From Chrysomallon squamiferum (Eukaryota > Animalia > Mollusca), in assembly GCA_012295275.1 (NCBI GenBank), contig CM022671.1, positions 12,524,001 to 12,588,000 of the forward strand: a stretch of DNA of 64,000 nt. Reading direction: 5' to 3'. This document shows, piece after piece, positions 56,801 through 64,000 of this stretch. The notes under the pieces were generated by a model, which had not been told where the DNA came from, searched no databases, and saw only the letters and a list, made by a program, of their open reading frames with translations. Positions within the stretch are counted from its first letter, which is position 1. Each line of letters begins with the position of its first letter. A program made the position numbers and the translations under genes.

Positions 56801-59800
56801 CATTTTGCCTCTATTTTGTGACTGGCTAGCAGTTATTTCCATTAAATAATATTTATTAATACATCATTATTTGATACTGTCTGTGTCTACGACCAAGTAC
56901 AAAAGAGATGGCTGGCTATCACTAGCTGGTCATGTCGAAGGTCATGTGACAAACTGTATGAATAGCTGCAAAAATGCATTGTTTTATTGTGGTGATTAGA
57001 GACTGACAATAAACAGTTCTTGTAAACTTGTATATAAATTAAATTAACTGACATGGACATAATGACTGGCTTTATATAATTACATGTTTAGTACAAACCT
57101 AGCAAGTAGGGTGCAAGTGTAATCAGGAACAGAAAATATCAGAAAATAAAACTTGTTAGATACTTTTACCACTTATGGCACAAGTCTGTATAAAATATTT
57201 TGTTTTTATTAGAAACAGAATACTGATCACACATGTAGATGTTTAATTCTATGTTTGTGATGAAGGAATGCTTACATCACACTGTCCCATTTCTCATTCA
57301 CAAAACCATTTCTCCCTACAGTTCCTCATTTCACCCTAATGAGTCTGTCTAGAGGGAGAAGCCACTTCTCCCTATTTTTATAGCCTAGCTTGAACCCTCT
57401 TATTTAATGTACTTTTTTGTATTTACAACCAACAGTTTGTGATGGTCTGATCATCAGTTAAAACTGAAATATTAAGAAAAACAGTTCAAACCATAGTAAC
57501 TATATTATGATAGCCAAACTAATTTAACAAATAATAGTGTTTTATTTGTCTTTAATGTGAAATATATAATTTGTGATACACCAAAACTATAAATTTAAAT
57601 TCTAAAACAAGAAAAAAAAGAAGAAAAAAATAGGTTGTAATGATAATAATAAAACTTGCAATAAAATAGAGACTTAAAGTACAAACCTCAAAGCTCCAAC
57701 AGTAGCTGATGGATTGAAAACTATCTCTGCTCCATTAACACCAAACATCAGCCAGTTTTGAGGGTGATGTCGTCCATAGCATATATTAATAGCTATCTTA
57801 CCTGAAACAAAAAAAAAAAAAATTACTATTAAAAATGGAAAAAAGAATTAAACATATACATATATAAAATACCATTAAAAAAATAAAGCATTCATTTCAC
57901 ATAAAATGGTAAGTTTTTACTCTAGTTATGGGGATATGGGTGGCAGAGGTAAAAAAGAAATAAATAAAAAATAAAAAATGTTATTTTACAAAACTATATT
58001 TTTAATGACAAAACATTTTCCTTTATTTTGGCCACATTTAGCATTATAGTAACCCAAACCAACATTTTGTATATTTAAAATAATTTTTTTCAAAGTGACA
58101 TTTTGAAAAACCTGTAACATTATAAAAAGGTTATATGAAAGGATAGTAAATTATTTCATTATCTTCTGTTATTATGTATGTTTGTTTCTGAAAAAAAAAA
58201 AAAAACCCAAAAAGGAATCCCACACAGACACGTATGTGTATATATATATATATGAAAACTTTTTTCTGCACAAATTCTATCATTTTTTTTGTTTGTTTAT
58301 CATGTCATCTTAGACAGCCACTAAAATCTAAGCTTTCTTTGTATTGTTTTAAATTTAAGTATAAAATAATGTCTTGTATAGTTGTAACAACCTGTAAGCC
58401 ATGAAGTTAACATACCAAACTGAGTCTCAAATACTGGATGTCCTGAGTTGCCTTCCAAATAATAAGTAGACTGCAATAAAATAAATACATTAACTCAGTA
58501 ACATCTTGATAATTCATATTTTTTGCATTTTCTTCTTCTAATTTTTTTTTAATAAATAACACTGAAGAATATTTCATGGGAATTATGTACAGTTTGAATC
58601 TAACTGCATAAAATATTATACTAAGATATGAATCATCTGGAAGAGGTTCTAGTTCAAGGGTTTAGCTCATCTGGATAATCTGATGCTCCTATCAAGCTAC
58701 ATGCCATTCTAGCCACTGTTTTACATCTGGTATTTAATATGCTCTGATACTGATGATTTTCTCTTTGTAGAAATAAGCTGCAACAGCTCTTAGTACAGAA
58801 GCAACAGGTATACTCTCTCTTAATGACTTTTTGAAATTACGTTTTAAAATTACATTTAAATACAGTTAAGCATTGATTCTTTGATCTTAAAACAAAGTCT
58901 ACTTGCTTCATTAAAATCACCAATTCTTGGTATGTGATTTTTCCTTGCCTTGCCAAGAACAGCTCCAGTGTTTGATATGACAACTGTAACAAGATGAAAA
59001 ACAAATATTCATAACACAAATTTAATAACTGGCCATTAACATATAAGCATTCTGTGATCTTGTTTTCTTTTATTTCAGATAAACACTCTTATAGTGTTGC
59101 AGAAATTGCTATTTCATTATTAAATATGGCTTTTCATCTTACATGTAAATAGTCTAATCACAATCAGTGTAATATCGAGATTCAACCTTGTATTTCCACA
59201 AACTGTATTTTTAATAAGCTATTAATAGTAACCCCATTAATCTTTACCTGCAGTGTTGGCCAATATATCCCCATGATTTTCATCTCGTTCTAGAATTGGA
59301 CTGATTATCACCATGTTGTATTTCTTGGCCAACTGTTAAAATAAATAACAAGTAATCTTCCTAATGCTACAACAGGGTTCCTTTTATATATAAGCAACAA
59401 AACACAGAAAAATGCTGTTGAGCAGTTATTTCTGATAAATGTAGTTTATTTTCTGATCCTTTTGTCAAAAATTTAGTTCAAACTGAAAATGTTTTATGCT
59501 ATATTTACCTCTTGTAATATTTTTGTAGTGTGACCATTTTCTGCCGATTCAGCAAACTCACACCATGGGTATTTTTCCCGTGTGCAGAAAGCAAATGGCA
59601 TTGCTGAAAAAAATATAATACTAGTATTTTGATTACTACAGTCAAAAGCCTGATGACTTTATGCTAATATAGCATTTTTCAGGTCTCAAAAGTTTATTAA
59701 TCAAAAGATCTATCATAACAGTGTAATAAAAGGCCAAATTATATTTAAAAAATATCTAAATCAATAGTTAAAGTAATGATTAAAACTGAGGATATCATAT

Positions 59801-61674
59801 ATGGTTATTTATTTATTATTTCTAAAATGAATGTGTTGAATGTGTGATTAGCCACATGTTATAATATTTTAACAACCAGTTCACCAAGCTCCTGAAATAC
59901 AAAGAATGTCACAGATTTTTCAAAATAGTCTATAAAGAAAATATTGTTCAACATGTCTCACTCCATGCTTCCTGCATGCACAAAATATTGACACTGGATA
60001 AAGCTGCAGCTTCTGCTATCTCTTCAATTCGCTGAATCAGAGCATCTCTCTAAAAACAAAGCAAATATATATGTATATGTCTATCATTTTATATGTATTT
60101 ATATTTGTACAAAAAATAAACTGAAACACTTTCTGACAATATTACTATTAAACTAACTTTTGGAAATATTTTTTTTTTATTTATGTATTTTATTATTTTT
60201 AATTTATTACATAAATACCAGTAGTATATCTTTTGGAAGAAATTATCTTAAGATATTTTGAAATTCATAAACTAAATTAAAAAAAATTGCAAAAATCTGA
60301 CAAATTATTAATTTAAATGTTTTTATTTTATTTATTTATTTGTTATTGTAGTTTTTATTTTATTTTGTTTAAACAAGAAAGAGAGAGACAGGAAAATTTG
60401 TTTAGAAAGTGATGCTATTGTTGGAAACACAATTCTTTTTTGTACATATCAATTATTTATTATTTTACGTTATTTTATTTATTTATTTATTTTTTTGTAA
60501 GAAGAAAAAAGATAAAAGAAACCTGTTTAGATATTGGTGCTGTTGTTGGAAGCACAATTCTATTCTGTATAGCACCAACACGAACAGTTCTGGCTGCACG
60601 GACATCTTCAGTGAAGGAATCAAAGGCATAGCCTTGAATTTCAAAATCCTTCTTCTCAGACAAATTAAGTGCACTTTCTGGAAGTTCCAATTTCCTAAAA
60701 ATTGTTGAAAGACAAAATTACTAAAGGAATATATATAAGATTCAACTTTATAAAATTATTTTTGTGGAAACAGCTGATTTTGATTTCTTAACCTCACTAC
60801 AAATACTCTTAATATTATTGTATTCATAATTTCAAAGTTTATTTTGAAAACTATTTTATTTTGGACAGACCGTATTCTATAAATTAATTTTTACAATAAG
60901 TTTCATTTACTTCTTTAGAAATATCAACACACTACAAGATGATAGATAAAAACAGTAAACAGAAGAACTGTTTTAATATTTCTTTACTTTGATCTTGTTT
61001 ATTAGATACTTTATAATGAAAAAAGTTTGTAATCGTAGAAATTCATTAAAAACAGTGAAATGATTGGATTGACATTGGATATTTTCAAGTTGGTGAACAG
61101 ACATTTTGGCTAGTTGTTTTTTTCACCACGAACTTGTCTACCTAGATGTTTTTGGCAACGACATTTTGGCCTTTCTTTCATTTACACGAGGACTTTTCTG
61201 ACTGAATTTATTTTATTATTTTAAATTTTCATTATATGTAACAGAACATATATGAAGTCAACTCACAAAGCAATGTCTCAGTTCCTAGTTTTTGTTTATT
61301 TACAGACAGTCTGTTCAGGTTTTTGCATGCTGCTCTATGGCGAGAATGGTGTCCAAACTAAATAAGTATGTCAGGATGTCAAGTCACAATGTGAGAGCAG
61401 TGGCGTGCAGAGGCGAGGCCAAAGCGGCGGTGGCCCAGGGCATCGAAAAGGGAGGTCGTTCAATCGGAGAAAAGAATGTAATAAAGTTATTTGATTTATA
61501 TTTAAATCGAACAGCGTTTATTTTATCTGTGTTCTCATATTCAAAATACCTTCCTTTCTTATAATATGTCTCAGTACTAGGCCTTATACTTGAGTTGGCC
61601 CCGGGCTTTACCAGATTTCTGCACGCCACCTCGTGAGAGGTGGTCAACATAACTCTTCAAACTCTGCATCAGTA

Positions 61675-61729
<55 letters not shown>

Positions 61730-61887
61730 ATGTGTTTTAATGTCATTTTCGTAATTTAACTAACACTGTAACAGAACTTTGCCTACCTAACTTCTTTACC
61801 AAACATAAGTCTTTTCACTTCCGCTAATTCTGCAGGAGGCAAGTATTTGTCTAAAAGACTTTCTATATTTTCTATTTGTGCAGCCAT
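50807..61887 (-). CDS. UPB1: Beta-ureidopropionase (beta-alanine synthase), nitrilase superfamily; 14 coding exons, 385 aa
   Basis: Exons 61887-61787, 60694-60523, 60049-59962, 59603-59509, 59332-59248, 58983-58907, 58470-58416, 57801-57687, 56284-56203, 55984-55942, 54253-54227, 53548-53508, 51251-51165 and 50896-50807 sum to 1158 nt with compatible phases. Motifs [32 protein letters not shown] and NICYGRHHP supply the E-K-C triad. Confidence 0.97.
51165..51251 (-). CDS. UPB1: UPB1 exon 13
   Basis: [29 protein letters not shown]; AG/GT borders. Confidence 0.95.
53508..53548 (-). CDS. UPB1: UPB1 exon 12
   Basis: [14 protein letters not shown]; AG/GTAAGT borders. Confidence 0.95.
54227..54253 (-). 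CDS. UPB1: UPB1 exon 11 (27-nt microexon)
   Basis: AHKDFGHFY; AG/GTGAGT borders. Confidence 0.93.
54414..54479 (+). ncRNA. HDV-like self-cleaving ribozyme fold at the LINE 5' end (probably decayed)
   Basis: P1 CACCTGC/GCAGGGG (6 of 7 bp), P2 GCAGT/ACTGC, P3 ACC/GGT, L3 TCATCAT, P1.1 CA/TG, P4 CATTC/GAATG and J4/2 GCCAA occur in the canonical nested double-pseudoknot order. Confidence 0.75.
54414..55816 (+). mobile_element. Internally deleted non-LTR retrotransposon (I-group/Nimb-like ORF1), antisense in UPB1 intron 10
   Basis: Decayed gag-like ORF1 ([25 protein letters not shown]...[17 protein letters not shown]; knuckle remnant CTQCGKTGH) is joined to a 3' UTR ending in (CATT)n. No RT is seen. 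Degenerate TSD tgtacagtagtaa (54401-54413) / tgtatagcagcaa (55817-55829). Confidence 0.85.
55942..55984 (-). CDS. UPB1: UPB1 exon 10
   Basis: [14 protein letters not shown]; AG/GT borders. Confidence 0.95.
56203..56284 (-). CDS. UPB1: UPB1 exon 9
   Basis: [27 protein letters not shown]. Confidence 0.95.
57687..57801 (-). CDS. UPB1: UPB1 exon 8 (catalytic Cys)
   Basis: [39 protein letters not shown]. Confidence 0.96.
58416..58470 (-). CDS. UPB1: UPB1 exon 7
   Basis: [18 protein letters not shown]. Confidence 0.95.
58907..58983 (-). CDS. UPB1: UPB1 exon 6 (catalytic Lys; GC donor)
   Basis: [26 protein letters not shown] followed by GCAAGT. Confidence 0.93.
59248..59332 (-). CDS. UPB1: UPB1 exon 5
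   Basis: [28 protein letters not shown]. Confidence 0.95.
59509..59603 (-). CDS. UPB1: UPB1 exon 4
   Basis: [32 protein letters not shown]. Confidence 0.96.
59962..60049 (-). CDS. UPB1: UPB1 exon 3 (catalytic Glu)
   Basis: [29 protein letters not shown]. Confidence 0.95.
60523..60694 (-). CDS. UPB1: UPB1 exon 2
   Basis: [24 protein letters not shown]...[23 protein letters not shown]. Confidence 0.95.
61085..61390. mobile_element. Degenerate MITE-like element with GACATTTTGGC repeats
   Basis: gacattttggc occurs twice plus variants on the left; there are weak inverted counterparts (gtccaaact, ggatgtccaagt) on the right. Confidence 0.35.
61398..61631. mobile_element. hAT-type MITE in UPB1 intron 1
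   Basis: TIRs cagtggcgtgcaga / tctgcacgccac(ct). 8-bp TSD tgtgagag (61390-61397) / cgtgagag (61632-61639); 8-bp TSDs are typical of hAT elements. Confidence 0.85.
61787..61887 (-). CDS. UPB1: UPB1 exon 1
   Basis: AAC ATG G start; [34 protein letters not shown]; donor GTAGGC. Confidence 0.93.
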
Positions 61888-62119
61888 GTTTACTGTGTAG
61901 TGTTATCAAAGAATTATTATTATTATTATTATTTTATGCATTGGCAATGCCTATCATGTTGTTTATAATCGTAATACTTCGACATATTACGACAGCGATT
62001 CTTGAAAATATACGAACACGAATAACTTATTACGAATGTACCCGAAAGATATCGGAAATAACTGAAAACTCAAAGTACCAAACAACCGAGCAAAAACAAC
62101 AACAAAATAAAACCGACAG
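61888..62119. promoter_or_regulatory. Putative bidirectional promoter shared by UPB1 and ZSWIM7
   Basis: 232 bp lie between the divergent ATGs. The stretch is CpG-enriched relative to the CpG-depleted gene bodies. Confidence 0.65.
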
Positions 62120-63662
62120 ATGAATCGAGATTTGGGTATGGCGATGAATAATTATGTCAAAAAATAATGCTTTAGTTTCTGAAGGTAGAACTAAAAATAC
62201 AACAGATAATTCTAATTACTGTCTTATTATTTATACGTAAAACAGAGAAGGAGTTCCGCTTTTTATCACTCTAGTCTAAACTTAAAGTAAAGAGAATATT
62301 TTAAGATTGTTTGATGGGGATTATCACTATATGGAAAAGATGGTCTGGGCTTCTGGGGGGGAAACTTCAGTTATCTCCCACAACTGAAGCATTTCAGAGA
62401 ACAAAATGACATATGTGTTAAGTAATTAAATTAATGAATCTGAGATGGAAAACTTGCATAATGATTCACCGAATGTTATTACTGGGTTGACGGTGGTGTT
62501 AAAAACAAATTAAGTGTTGTGATTTGTTTTTTGTTTTTGTAATTTTATTGTTATTTACAGAAATACTTTAAAATGAATCAGTAAATAGCAGTTACATTTA
62601 TATGAAAACCATTTAAAAAGATTGTTGTGTATATTTAATAATTATTGTTTGTTTATTCTTATTTTTGAAAACTAGTAACTTTGATAGAAGCATTTAGTGA
62701 CAAGCTGATTCATGAAGTTGAATGTATCTTCAAGGAGAAAGATCATTGTAAGTATTTCTAATGTGTAACAAAAAATATCCTGAATAGTAGAAGTTAGTAC
62801 AGAATCCATGAGTATTGTATTCTAAAAATCTAATCTAAATATTTGTCAAGTTTAATATTAAACACAAACTAATGAACTGGAAATGAAACATGTGACAGTA
62901 CTTTTTACTTTTCTTGTGATATTAATTATCCATTGTTTTGGTTCATTACCTTTTAAATGTGGTTTAGATTTTAAAATTATGAATATACACTATTTTGCAG
63001 TTATACAACATGTTTTTATATATACAGGTTTGAACAACTTTCAGTAAGACTGAATTTGAATTAAAAAACAACAAATAAATTTGTAATAAATACGTCATAT
63101 ATTAAAATGTAATGATTATTATTTTGTCTGACTAGTTCTACATAGTAAACATTTACTGTAATAATTATTATTAACTTACAGTGACAGATGAAATTTTATT
63201 TGCGTGAGTATAAATGTTACAGGACACATAACTCATTGTACAGGTTATGTTGAGAATCATCGAAAAACATTTATAAATTTTAGAAATAGCAAATTGTGCC
63301 TCCTGTTACATAAGACTATGCGAGTATTAATCAGTATACACAAAAATAATACTTTAGTAACTGAACAAAAAGTTGGAAAGACTGTAAAATTCCTGAATCG
63401 CTTTCTTTTTTTATTTTTTTTATTGTTTTATTGTTGTTTTTATTGTTTTATTGTTGTTATTCCGCTTCTTCCTGCTTAATCTGAAAAATGAGCTATTGGG
63501 TATTTAATCATCTTATTATTTTATTATCATTTTTATTTTTATTTTTATTTTTAATGCAGACTGCAGTACATATTTCAGGCTCCACTTCTTCCAGCACTGG
63601 ACCTGGTTGACAACAGAGCTGTGACAATGGTAACTTCTCCAAGTGGGCGTAAACTATATCAG
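62120..63662 (+). CDS. ZSWIM7: Zinc finger SWIM domain protein 7 (SWS1, Shu complex), 5' part; continues beyond the window
   Basis: Exons 62120-62135 (least certain), 62676-62747 (alternative in-frame acceptor at 62688), 63182-63203 and 63560-63662 give MNRDLVTLIEAFSDKLIHEVECIFKEKDHLTDEILFALQYIFQAPLLPALDLVDNRAVTMVTSPSGRKLYQ. This matches the ZSWIM7 motif IPDEYLLSLKFLF..ALDLVDRQSITLISSPSGRRVYQ. Confidence 0.88.
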
Positions 63663-64000
63663 GTTTGTTTGAGGTCACTGAATTGTCTGTATTAGGTAAA
63701 TAGTCACTGTTTTTTTTATACCTTTCAGCACTGGCCTCTTTCTCAGCCTAGTCATCAATGACAGGCTGATGAAAGTGCATGATATCTTGCTTGTAAGAGT
63801 ACCTGTGACATAGACACATTTTTTTGTTGTATTTTAATTAAACTCTGGCCGTTTGTGTAATATAAATAAAAATGTGTGAAACTAACATTCATTTATCTTC
63901 ATTTTATTTTGTATTTTTTCCAGCAGAACCAAAACAATTTATATTATTATTATTATTTATTTTCTTTTTTTCTTTTAACTTACTCTATATTCTTCCATAG

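Noticed and set aside
62561-62580. Alternative ZSWIM7 start exon (ATGAATCA|gtaaat)
   Set aside because: Its phase-2 end is incompatible with the phase-1 next exon.
63001-63027. Possible extra 27-nt ZSWIM7 exon (tttgcag|...ACAG|gtttg)
   Set aside because: It is in frame but inserts 9 residues absent from the known ZSWIM7 alignment; the direct exon 2-3 join fits better.

Overview
AT-rich, microsatellite-dense, intron-containing animal DNA; the repeat landscape suggests a mollusc (inference). Most ORF-track entries are microsatellite artefacts. Three spliced genes were reconstructed by hand. (1) A + strand gene with two coding exons (40496-42686, 662 aa) encodes an uncharacterised secreted, Cys-rich protein with an ShKT-like module, a Thr-rich stalk and a GPI-like tail; its candidate 5' leader exons lie up to ~29 kb upstream. 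(2) A complete 14-exon beta-ureidopropionase UPB1 lies on the - strand (61887-50807, 385 aa) and has one obligatory GC-AG intron. (3) The first four coding exons of ZSWIM7/SWS1 lie on the + strand, head-to-head with UPB1. The window also holds decayed MULE, pogo, Tc1 and Tigger fragments and several MITEs. The most notable find is in UPB1 intron 10: an internally deleted LINE (54414-55816) whose TSD-defined 5' end coincides with the first base of a near-complete HDV-like (L1Tc/ingi-type) self-cleaving ribozyme fold. All calls are by eye; no searches were run.
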